NCBI GenBank assembly: GCA_002269645.1
Contig: NIVC01003099.1
Coordinates: 55,487-119,486, forward strand
Reading direction: 5' to 3'
From: Macrostomum lignano
Taxonomy: Eukaryota
DNA length: 64,000 bases
A model generated the notes under the pieces. That model saw nothing but the letters and a program-made list of their open reading frames with translations, was not told where the DNA came from and searched no databases. The position numbers and the translations under genes were made by a program. This document shows positions 1-11,638 of the stretch, one piece after another (position 1 is the stretch's first letter; each line of letters begins with the position of its first letter).

Positions 1-372
1 TTAGTCCCACCCCGATTGAACCAACTTTGATTGAAGACTCTTGCCTTCGTAGATCGTTATTGCTCCCTTCTTTCTTTTCACAATAAAAAACAAACAACTG
101 TTTATGCTTTTAGTTTAAGCTTTTCTTCCTCGTCTCTTATCTCCGCCCAGGGCATGTCTAGCCAACATACGGGCTTCCCCTATTTCATCGGTCCCTGATT
201 TTGCTTACTGGTACTCTTTCCAGATTGGATGGCCCTGAAAAGACTATACACCATCTCTCAATCCTTATATTTTTCTATCTAGCCTTGCTAGATTTGCCTA
301 GAAAACCCATTTGCCACCTTTCTTAGGCTTTCCATACATCTAATAACCATTTGAAGCAGACTTAAGTTTACC

Positions 373-2368
373 ATGAACAGAAATAATCTAAACCGAAAGG
401 TGAGAACAGAGATCCAGAGATCCATGGCAAGAGATATGGAAGAGTTGGAGCCAGCGAAACTGCCGAGCAAGATATTACAGCAGCACAGCTGAGCAATGCC
501 ACTGCTACTAGCACACCACTGCCACTGGATTCCGAGGCGATGGAGATCGACAACTTCGGCTAATGGAAGAAGCGGATTTCTGCGAAGCTTTGGCTCAAGA
601 TCAAGATGCCAAGGAGCCTGCATGCTGTTTTGATGAGGATCTGGATCTACTCAGACACCGATAGTGACTCGGACGAGCCTAAGAGAAAGGGCTTGGACAC
701 CCTAAACGACGCCCTGGTTCAATACATGCTCTTGTTTCAGGCCACTGAATTTCGCCTTTTTCTACTATTCGAGCAGGAATGAAATTTTTGCTTGATAAAT
801 TGCACTGCCATGGCCTTCCTATTGCTTCATCATTATACCGGCTTTTGAAGGGCGCTAATTTGTCCAGAGGGCTCAATATGCATCCATTGAGCCAAGGACA
901 GTTTGCCTATCTGTCTATCAAGAAAAATCTGGCCGACTTAATAAAAAAGAACCTATTGGATCTGAAGAGCACAAAAACTCTATCTAATGGAGAAACTGTG
1001 CATACATTTGAAGTGACAGTTAACATAGATGGCATGCCTGTCTATAAGTCTTCCAACTTCCAAATTTGGCCCATTTTTATGAAGATCAGCGGTTTCACTT
1101 GGCCCTTCCTAGTGGCTGTGTTTGCCGGCTTGAGCAAACCACCGCTACATGAGTACTTCAGTGACTTCTGCAGCGAAATCAAAGGTTTTCTATCCACCTC
1201 TGTCGAAGTGCTTCACTTAAACGTGCATTTCCACAGTATTAGGTTTGTCTGTGATGCTCCGGCCAGAGCCTTCATCTGCAAGGTCATGGGCCACAACTCA
1301 CTTGTCGGATGCAACTACTGCCGAGCCAGAGGAAAAGTGTGTGCAGAACAGTTGTTTACCCGACGCGAGCTAGTGACAGCTGCACCACTGAGGGGTATCT
1401 GAGCCAACAGGAGTCCAACATGAAGGAAGGACCAACATCTCCACTTCTGCATCTCCCAGGAGTCTGTTTCGTCAAAAATTTTCCTATTGACTATCAATAT
1501 CTGGTCTGTCTGGGAATTCTTCGCCGTATCTTCCACTATCTGTTCTACTCCAATGAAGGCAGAAACTGCAAGCTTTGTGCTGCAGAGATCAAGGAGCTGT
1601 CGGACCAAATTCAAGAATGTGTGCCCTACACTCCGTCTAACTTTCAGCGTCAACCACAACGTCTAGACACAGAATTAAAGCACTTCAAGGCCACTGAATT
1701 TCGCCTTTTTCTATATACCTCAGACCCTACCTGTTTCGAAAATATCTTCCCACTAACATTTTCAAGCATTTCATGCTACTGCATTTTGCTATCTATGTAT
1801 TTTGCACTGACAGGCTGTCTCACTTACATGTCATGCAAAAAGGTGCCTCGAAATTTTTGTTGAGCAGGCTAAATTAATTTATGGTGAAATGGCTACAACA
1901 TATAACATGCATATTTTGCTGCATTTGCATGAATTTGTCGCACAGTATGGTAATCTTTCGAATTTTTCTACCTTCCTATTTGAGAACTATTTGTCAAACA
2001 TTAAAAGAAGGATACGTGTAACACGTTTTGCATCAGCTCATATTTTAAATCAGATCTTGGTTGCAAGCGATACGCTAACCAGTGATCCAATTTGGCCTAT
2101 GTACTACTCAAGCATGAGACCTAATAACTGTTGTACTATTGGAAGTAATGTGGTCCGGATCCTTTCAATTGCTAATAATTCTGTTACTGGGGTGATTTTG
2201 AAGTTTCAACAGCCATTGTATACTTTTCCATACTCATTTGACATTTTATCAATTGGCTTCTATAATGATACACATGTAGTGATTACTGGTGCACCCACAG
2301 GCAAATGTTTCCTAATCCCACAGAATGGATCCTATGTTGTTATTCCTCTATGTGGCAATGATATCTAA
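373..2368 (+). pseudogene. Decayed EnSpm/CACTA(CMC)-type DDE transposase, frameshifted into 3-4 pieces
   Basis: ORFs 779-1402, 1309-1863 and 1889-2368 carry motifs typical of animal EnSpm-like transposases: NIDGMPVYKSS..QIWPI, CDAPARAF...GHNSLVGCNYC, FPIDYQYLVCLGILRR, KHFKATEFRLFL, YNMHILLHL, LSNFSTFLFENYL. An N-terminal piece starts at ATG 373. Confidence 0.85.
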
Positions 2369-2758
2369 GCCCATATCTGCTCTTCGGTATGTGAACCCTT
2401 TTAAATGCTTGTTTTTGCTGTCGACTTGACTTAGCTACAGGGCGGTCCTTGCCTGTGGATAAGTTTGTCAAGAACTTTTGCCCTGACAGAGTCACCCGCC
2501 ATCTGAATGGAGCATGAGGGAGGAGAAGCAGAGCAAACTAGAAGAAAAGAAAATTTCAGACAAAGCCTTAGGGCTTAGGTAGAGGGAGGCCTTACGCTAT
2601 TGGCTTTTGGATTGTGGAGAATTTTGCACCACCCCACTGGCTATTTAGATGCTGTTTTATAGGTCAGTTCATGCATTGCACCAAATTTGTCAGACTCTCA
2701 CGTCATACTGTATCTGCCTACTCACTCAGGTGTTTCCAATCTGCTTTTATTGCTAGCC

Positions 2759-5700
2759 ATGAAGTACATAGTGATTTTCCACAATGACCTCAAAATCATC
2801 GAGGCAAATGCGGAAGATGTTTTTCTAGGACAATACCAGAATTGGACAGAAGAAGACTGGAAAAAGATCACACTTAGAAGTCCCACACTTATAGTGGTGC
2901 AAGTTCTGTATGAAGAAAACCGATACGAGGCGACACTGCTGCAGGCAAGTTGCAACACATTCTTAATTGTATTCTTTACATGATTGTTGACATCAGTTCT
3001 ACTTAGGGCAATTTAACTGATTTTCTCATTGGTGTGTAGCTTGAGCTAACTGTTAATGACAGATGGTAAGACGTAAGTGAAATAAGAAAAGCAAGAGTGA
3101 GATAGAGGACTAGGAATGAGAGGGGAAGAATAGAATTAAAGAACTAAGTGGAGTAAAGAAGCAGGGTAGCGTGAGCTGGTTCAGTACGATGGAGAATAGG
3201 ACAAGTCAAAGTGATAGAATTAAGTTTAAAGATTTTAAGAGGGGAAGGACTAAAGTTTATATTACGGATAGAGACGTTCTGCACTTAAATATCAATTATA
3301 AAGGCTTTTAACTAATTTCTGCGCGATGCCCGTCTCTGCAAAAAAGCGGATATCGACCTTTTTGCGCATGGTGGACAGAGTGTTAGGAGGCATGAAGAGA
3401 CAACTGTTTCCGCGCATGGATGTAAGTAATTTAGTAAATAATTTAGTATTGAAAAGAATGATACTTTCAGTAAAATTAACTAGAAATAAATTACTTCAAA
3501 GCCTAAAGTTTTTTTTAAATCAATAAGGAATTATATCCACATTGCTAATGTCTGGCTCCAGTATAACATATTCACATCTGGAAAACTGAGTCTGCAAATG
3601 TGTAGAGCTATTCATCAGATTAGTGTTTGAAACTGCTTTCCCTACTCAGGCCCTGGCCCTGGGAAAAGGACCCCAACCCCTTTGCTTTATCAAGTGGGAC
3701 CATGCAGTGACCACAGTTGCATTTAGTGTAAAAAAAGTCCATAGGCATAAGGGGATGAATAAGGCAGATTCCATACCCCCAAATTTGAAATTCAGGCTTG
3801 TCTAACATGCAGACACAATTGTAATTTACATGTACTACCGCTTCATTCCAGCTACTCAGCACCTCTAAAAGCGACGCTGAACCTCCACGAAGCCTTCACC
3901 AGAGACCCCATGGTGGGATTGATTTGGATTCTGCTGAGGGTGTAGAATCCGGTCTACAGCTGCTGCCGCCTCCTCAGCAGAAGGTGCTGCCGACTGCCAC
4001 TTTAGGAGCCATGTCCGGAGCAACAGGCATGGATGGCGCTGACCTGCTGGATATGGATCACGACAGGGTCCACATGGCCGATGCGGCCATTACACCAGCA
4101 TCTGCCGCTATTCCCGCCGCCGTGGATGGTACAAGATCCTGATTGTCAGCTCGCCTTGGATCAGCAGACTCTACCGCAGGCTCCGCCTTGTCTGGTGACA
4201 CCCCACAGCTGTGCCGGGATCCACACGGTGTCAGCTTTCTCAATTTTGGCAACACCTGCATTCAGCAGACAAGGGAGGCAATGGAGGCAAAATCAGGCAC
4301 CTCTATGGACACTTAAGAAGGCCAAACTTTTGCCCTCATCAGCATCTTCCGGCAGCTGCACATCACCCGAGTAGAGCTGAAGTCTTAGATGGAGCAACAA
4401 GTGCAGCAGATAAGGGCAGAAATGCAGCGCCTGCGTCGCAATCTCCTGGCTGCGATTGGAGGGCATGGTGGGCAAGCCGTTGCAGCTGAGACCAAGCCGG
4501 TGCCAGTAGGGTCATGGAGGGAGTACGCGAACTTCGTCACATCTTCTGAGGCGATGATGGCGCAGGTAAGGGACAATCTGGACTGAACAATATTTTTGTA
4601 GCTCAGAAGTTCCCTCTCCTTATTCACAACTCAACAGTGTACAATTTGACAAGGCTACCGATTTGACAGAGTTGTATCTTAGTGCAGTGCTCACTCTGCA
4701 GTTGGCAGAGTGTAATCTCTATTTTATGCTTTATCCGCTCCATTGCTTCTGAGCATGCATTGGGAAGGACAAAATTCGGATTACTTTCAGACTTATATGT
4801 GCAACTGTTTGCTACTGTTAGTAAATCAAAAGCACTGTGGAAGGATTTTTCAAACATAATTATAAAATCTTTACTTTTTCGCACGTCTAGCCTGTTGTAC
4901 AAGTCAGCCTTAACCTTCTAAGTTTAAGGAGACAAACTTGACTTTTGACAATTCGATCAGTTTGTATTTTTGTGGGAATAGCCCAGTGGGTATAGCTGTT
5001 ATGTATGATTTGACTGCTCTACTCAAAGCAAATAGAGAAAATAAAAAATCTTACAATAACATAGCATGCTAATTCAACATGACTGTACATGAAGGCACTT
5101 TTTTATATCTTTTTCTAAACAATTGCTATATCGCTCCTTTTCATTCAGGTGCCATATCTCTTAGCCTGCAAATTGGCTACCACATATAACACCGTCTCTC
5201 AAATGGTGGACAAATGCCTCACAGTCGAGATGCAGAAGCAGGTGAACTACAGCGGCCGAGATCTCCAGAAGAGGAATCAGTTGGAGCTCTCCGACACCCT
5301 TCTGGCATTCCACAATGCCCTGCCTGCTTTCCAAGGTGAGAATGTTTCTTTTGGATCATAGCCATCAGTCAGTTGGTACACCAAATTATGCACAAGTCTT
5401 CGTCTTGCTTTCATTATCACCGGCCACTCTCTTTATTAAACGTTCATGCTTCAGTAGGGAGTCCTATCTTAGTGCAGTGCTTAGTGCTGTCGGCAGAGTG
5501 TAATCTCTTTATCTTATGCTTAATCCACTCCATTGTTTTTGGGCATGCATTGGAAGGACAAAATTCGGATTTCTTTTAGGACTTATATGTTCAATTGTTT
5601 GCTACTGTTAGTAGACCAAAAGCACTGTAGAAGCATTTTTCCAACATAATTATAGAATATTTACTTTTTCGTACGCCTAGCCCATTGTACAAGTGATGCA

Positions 5701-5896
5701 ATATTCCTACACTTATTTTGCTTCAGCTGCCATCTCAAAGATGCACGGAGGTCAGAGGCCTGCCGAGCGCGATGTGGAGATAGCAGTCATCTCCGTCCTG
5801 AAAAACGCGCATGACAGAGTGGGAGGCCGTCAAAAGCGTCGTGATTCCTCAGCGGCGGCGGCTGTAGTGGCGCAGGCAAACAACAACCAGCAATGA
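2759..5896 (+). pseudogene. Second, intron-containing gene of the EnSpm-like element (DUF4806-like accessory protein), decayed
   Basis: Phase-consistent junctions: donor after 4565 (CAG|GTAAGG, phase 0) to exon 5149-5336, then phase 1 (G|GTGAG ... TTCAG|CT) to exon 5727-5896. The C-terminus VLKNAHDRVGGRQKR resembles DUF4806-type proteins. The upstream exons (2759-2944, about 3852-4565) are partly frameshifted. Confidence 0.65.
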
Positions 5897-8805
5897 GGAA
5901 GACAAACTGCAGATGCGGACTATCCTCGGAAGCGAACGCGGGAAAGCAGTTCCGAGGACGATTCTCTCATATTTGAGTGATTCAGCCCTTTGTAGCCTTA
6001 ACTGCTTGCATGAGTTCCACTGACTTATTTACCACTGAATGTCTTGTATTTCCACTGATTTATTTTAACACTGAATGTCTTATATTTCCAATACCTTTTT
6101 AGCCAAAAATGTATACTGCAAGAAGAATGTAAAAATAAAAATACAATGCGTATATATTGTCCGCTTGACAATTCGTTCTCCGACAAACTTTAAATTGCCA
6201 AAAGTTACGTTTTGAATTTTGGCGCGAAATGTAAATGTTTGAGCCAAGTACATGTTTCCTGTACTTTTGTTGGTGCTATGCTGTGTGCACAGTGCACACT
6301 CACACAGTCTCTGATGATTTATAGGCACAGTAGGTGGAACTATAATAGAATAAAATTACCAGTAGAATGGGGCAAAAATTAAAGACGCAAAAAATAGGAG
6401 GCAAAGCGCTGGCACACTGGTGGCGGGCTAGCGTTGGGTCGAGCCAGATTTAGCTGTGCATTGCCACCCTCGGCCCGAGCCAGACACCCCTCTGGTGGCA
6501 CGAGCCCCTTTTTTTCCACTGGGTTGTCCACTGTTATATTTGCACAATATATTAGTTATATTTATAACCACTTTAATTTGTCATATACCTTTGTCTACTC
6601 TCTACAACAATGATTATTATATAATGTGATTCTAAATGCTTAGCCAACACATAGTTTATAATTTCCAAAAAGGCAGTATTAAAAATTTCTTATTATTGCA
6701 TTTGGAAAATTTCTATTTTTACAATAATTATACAGTCTATACTAGTCTACATTTAAAATTTGTAGTCTGTTAAAAATATTTAGTTTTAGATAACTTTAGC
6801 ATCAATGTTGTATTATTTGCAAAATTTAGGTGTTTTTCTAAAAAAGCAAAAGTAAAAATAGTATATAGGCCTAGGCCTAAGCACAATCTAAGTCAAGGAA
6901 TACTTGAAGGCAAAATGGTTTAGGGGCCATAGTCAAGAATGTGGCCTTTATGCCAGAAAATTCCAGCATATTTTGCCCTAGTTGACAATCTTGGTATACA
7001 CTGGGCATATAGAATTTTCAGGTTCAACATCAAGTATACACAGTTGATATATAAAAATAGCCAAGTTCAGGTCCTATGTATATTGTATAATAAAATATCA
7101 ACAAACAATCTTGAAAGCTCTAGCTTAAAATAATTGGAAACAAAAAAATAAATGAGATGGGGCGGAGAAAGGTTTGGTAGTAGGTGGGATTGTCCGGTGG
7201 TCGCTTGATTTAATGTCAAGTATGAGCAGCTCAGGCCTTTGAATTGGCGCCATCGTTAATTTGCACAGATTAAATCCAGAAAATTTGTGTGGACAAATCC
7301 CAATTGAAATGTCTCGTAGATACTCTGACTGCCGGGGTCCTCAATCCCGGGGAGAGGGTAGTTTTAGTTGTAGGCAAGCGGTCTTCGTTGGTACGAGCAT
7401 TCAGAGCGGGTCCTCAGATACCGAATTTAATGTATCTCGTATGCTTGACGTAACTTGTTACTAACAGTAGAGTAGCGCTGCCACCATCGTAATTTGTGTA
7501 TTATGGAACGTTGAAACCTCAGAGCTTGCTTTGAGATGAGATTGATGGGTTATTTTATGCCCCACAGGCAAATGACTCAATATAAAACTAGGCTTCAGGT
7601 TATCAGAGAGAGATTAATGTCATATTAATTGTTTTATTAAGACTTCAGCGGCAATATACTAATTTACCTAGTAATTAAAGAATAAAAATTATTAACTAAG
7701 ATTCACCAAATGTATTAAAATAATCAAACAGGACCGTGACCACTCCAGCGGATGATTGGCTGGTGCCGCAGTGCACTAGCTACTGAATAGATAGACTGGG
7801 TGCAACTAAACTGGCGGACTTAAAAATATTAGAAATTAAATTAAAAGGTAGGAGGGAAACGGAAAGAAGAAAAGGGAATAAAAGGAAGGCAAGTAAGGAA
7901 AGGGGGATAAGAAAAATTAGGTGGCTCCAGAGGGCACCAATATATAGACAAAATATATGCAACAAGTGGTCAAAGGGGTCAAACACTGGTGGCAAAGGGT
8001 GGTCACATAGATCAAGTAAGGAACAGACAGAAAATAACATGGAAAATAGGGTGATAAACAAGGTTTCCAACAGAAGGATGCAAAAGACAAAACAAACCAG
8101 CCACTGGGGCACAAGGTGGGCACACAGGACCAAAACTGGGGATAGCGGGGAATGGGTCAAGGGTGGTTTATTATTAAGTCACAAAAAATTAAATTTCAAA
8201 ATTAAAGTATTAACGTTCATTAGATTGTCAGTGGCAGCCCCTAACTGCCACATAAAAATAATGAAATTTACAAGAAAAAATTAAATTAAAACAAAGAATA
8301 GGCCCTATTTGTTTTAGCAAAAAAAGTTATTTTAAAGTTCAGTAAAACTCTTATATTTTTAAAAATATACATTCTCTAAAAAGTTGGCATAGGCCTTATA
8401 AATAGGCCTAGAATGTTTATATTCAACATTACAAACTATTTGGCCTATGGCCCTATCGCCTAGGCCTATATTAAATAAGTTAAAATATTTTTTAAATGTT
8501 AAATAAACCAATTGCAGTTAGTTAGTAGGGCCTAGTCATTAGATTAAAAGTTAAGTAAGTCAATAAGAAAATAAGTCTGAAGCAATCACTAAATATAGAA
8601 AATACTAGACCAACCAATGCCTACACTTTTAATGTGGTTGCTATGATTTGCTACATAATTCGCTGCTAAGGCTTATTAGGCCATACCAAATTAAATGTAT
8701 GATATGGCACTATATTATATATTTATTTATATAATATAATTATAATATTTCTCTCTCATAGTCTAAACGAATTTGCTCTGATCAATAACGGCTGGTCTTC
8801 ACAAT

Positions 8806-9066
8806 GGGCCTTTTCATATTGCTTGTTCTGGTTCCAGAACCAGAACCAATTTGTGAAGTATAACTTTTTGTCTCCATAACTAGAGGGAGATACGTGCTAT
8901 AAAGTTTTTATTATTGAATGACAATCGCCAAGAAGAAACCGAAAAATTGTGCAAAGTAAGGCTGTTAAGGCAGACAAACATTCAACAAAATTAAATAGTT
9001 ATACTGCTGTTTTTCTTGGAAGATTCGAACCGATTCTGATTCTGGAATCGGTAATATGAAAAGCCT
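8806..9066. mobile_element. MITE of about 260 bp
   Basis: Imperfect TIRs GGGCCTTTTCATATT (8806) and AATATGAAAAGCCT (ends 9066), inverted subterminal TTCCAGAA(C/T)CAGAA(C/T)C, and CAAT on both flanks (8802-8805, 9067-9070). Confidence 0.55.
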
Positions 9067-10119
9067 CAATCAATCAATCCACATCCACAATTTCTAATAA
9101 AAACTTTAAAGCAAAGAAATACATGTATTGAATACATCCGTACATATATTTTTAGTCAATAAAGCCAGCAGTAATTGTGTAATTTTGGCATTACCTAGTG
9201 TGACACGAGTGCGTGGGCATAAAATTGAAAAAAACAAGACTTTTCATTCTGGCTTACACCTGCCATGATTTAGAGTAGGCCCTATATGGTTTGAATGCAA
9301 AACAACCAGTTATCATTTAGACTGTTTCAAATAAATGCCAAAAATTCAACTCATTTTACTGTTGCATCATTTGCCTATATTAGGAGATTTTATTATAGTT
9401 TAGAAAAATAAAGCACTAGAAATTGTGTTCTTGAAGTCGAAGGTAAAAGTATTGATTTTAACAAACAAGTGTAAAGTTCAACATTTTTTTTAATAGTAGG
9501 CCCTAGTAAAATAATTTAGTAGTTTATTTTTTATGTTTATAACATTGTATATACTAAAACATTGAGACCTAGAAAAGTAATTTTTTTTTAAATTGAAAAA
9601 TATAGGAAGGTTTGCACTCAATTCATACATAGATCCTATTAAGAGGTTTTTAAAAACACTTAGTTTATGAAATTGGTTCAAGAATAACAAAGTTAGGCCT
9701 ATTACCATTTTACTGTGAAAATTTCTTTGACCTTTGTAGTAGGCCTAGGCCTATATTTTTCATCAAGGACTATGACTTATAAATATAGGCCTATAAGCCT
9801 ATATATATATATAGGCCTAATAATAAAAAAAAAGTTTGAAAATGCAAGTCAAAAATTGTATGAATGTTTTAAATAAAAAATAACAAAGTCAGAAGTAAAT
9901 AAAGAAATAGTAAATTTTGTAAAAGAAAATGTTTTTAATAAAAATATGAAAATCAAATTTCAGGATAAAAAATTTTTTATTTTAACTTTTTATACATCTA
10001 GGCTAGGCCTATGGCCCTATAGTATTAAATGTCATTTTAGCATATAATACCTTTTATTCATGTTTGTGATTTTTTTCTTTATTTTTAGGTAGATATTTTA
10101 TGGTAGGCCTAGACATAGT

Positions 10120-11540
10120 GGCAAGTCTGCAAAATAGAGCACCATGTAGGCTTCCAATGGTAGGATGCAGCCTATAATGGCTTGGGCGCATGCCAGCTGT
10201 TGATGCTCAATAGACAGGCATGTAGCTAGTATCGTGCCAATGCCTTAAGTCCTGTAGCAATAGTTGGCAACTGCCTAGATGGTAGTTAGGTATGCTAGGT
10301 ATAGGGTCACACCTCGCCTAGTCCATCCCTATACTACAATTGCTTAAGGCCACAAGTGGATGGCATTGGGCTGCCATGCAGGAATAGACATTGGCTGCAT
10401 AATGTTAAAAGGTCAATTGGCTATCTAGCCAGACCCCTAGGATGATAGGTACTTCTTCAAACAAGAGCAAGGTGCCTCTAATCTAGAGATCAACCTGCTT
10501 TTTCTTGCAAGTCTCCCAGGGGTTCCCAGACCTTCCAGTTATGGCACCAGGCCTCCTCAGTGTCTAGGGCCAGCTGCAGCTAGGTGGCACAGATGTCAAG
10601 GCTCCGTACTGTTGTAAGCAACATTAGTCATCTGTGTAGAGGCTAAGCATATTGTCTCTATGAGGTCATTGATGTAAACTAGCTAGAGTATAGGTGCTAG
10701 GACACTACCTTGGGGAAGGCCTTTGTGGAACACATATTCCTGACTATTGCATTGGCCCTTTTAGATGTGGCTATGGTGGTTGGTGATAAATCCTTGGATC
10801 TAGCATAGCATGCACTTGGAGATGGTGAAGTTTGGCAAGCAGGCCATTCTGCCACACCTTATCATAGGTGCGGCTAAAATCCTATCAAGGATTGCCTAGC
10901 AAATATGTGCTACCTGCTCCATAGTGGAATGGCCGCATTGAAAGCCAGTCTGGGTACCACTGAGGAGCCAGTTGGACTCCAAGTGATGACAGAGCTGTTA
11001 GAGTACCATCTGCTTAGCCAGCTTAGCAATGGTGCTGGTCAGTGCAACTGGCTAGTATGACTCCAGTTTGCTACCATTTTCTCCCATTTTGGGATAGGCA
11101 CTATATGGCTATGCTTCCATTGAGCAAAGCAGATGCTAGTATGCCAAGTGGCATTAATGAGTCCCAATCCCAACAGTTATTGCCTACTAGTCATTGGCAG
11201 GTGTTTTAGCATGCTGTTGTAGACTGCATCTGGCCCAGGGACCTTGAGTGCATAGAGTGCAACCTGCAGTTCCATTAGCAAGAACAGTGCACAAAAGCCC
11301 TGTTCACTGTAGTAGCATAGTGTCCACATGGTGGCATTCACTTAATGTGTGACTGTGCAGTCCTTTGGACATTGCAGAACCCTGGGGATCGAGCTGTATA
11401 GTTGGCAAAACAGCTCTGCCTTCTTTAGATTTATTTGCATAGGTTGCACAAAGGCCTACATGCCCATTTAGGGCCTGTGGATTGTGACACTATTCTTCTG
11501 CTTGCCATTCCTCTAATGGCAAGCAACAGGTAAAAGAGGT
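10120..11540 (-). mobile_element. Degenerate non-LTR retrotransposon (LINE) reverse transcriptase fragment
   Basis: Hand translation of the minus strand gives RT motifs in order: PGPDAV (~11230), SY*PVALTSTIAKL (~11050), TQTGFQCGHST (~10940), GLPQGSVLAP (~10705), LYTDD (~10630), LGVWLDSQLTF (~10430). Many stops. Confidence 0.85.
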
Positions 11541-11559
11541 CACTTTTGATGTCTATTGA

Positions 11560-11638
11560 TGGTGGCTATTGCTGTTGCTTTGCTTGTTGCTATAGCTATT
11601 GCTGCTGTTGCTTTGGCTGCGGCTGTTACTGCGGCTAT
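11560..11638. repeat. Degenerate (GCT/GTT)n trinucleotide microsatellite
   Basis: TTGCTGTTGCT-type iterations directly abutting the mariner TIR. Confidence 0.7.

Larger units (their letters stand above)
1..6523 (+). mobile_element. EnSpm/CACTA-like DNA transposon; left end lies outside the window
   Basis: Transposase plus accessory gene in tandem. The candidate right terminus ...CCCCTTTTTTTCCACTGGG ends at 6523 (reverse complement CCCAGTGGAAAAAAAGGGG) and is preceded by GC-rich subterminal repeats (CGAGCC) at 6410-6510. Confidence 0.6.

Noticed and set aside
7780-8284. Hydrophobic 126-aa ORF and neighbours
   Set aside because: Purine-biased sequence with no domain motifs. Probably a fragment of an unidentified repeat.
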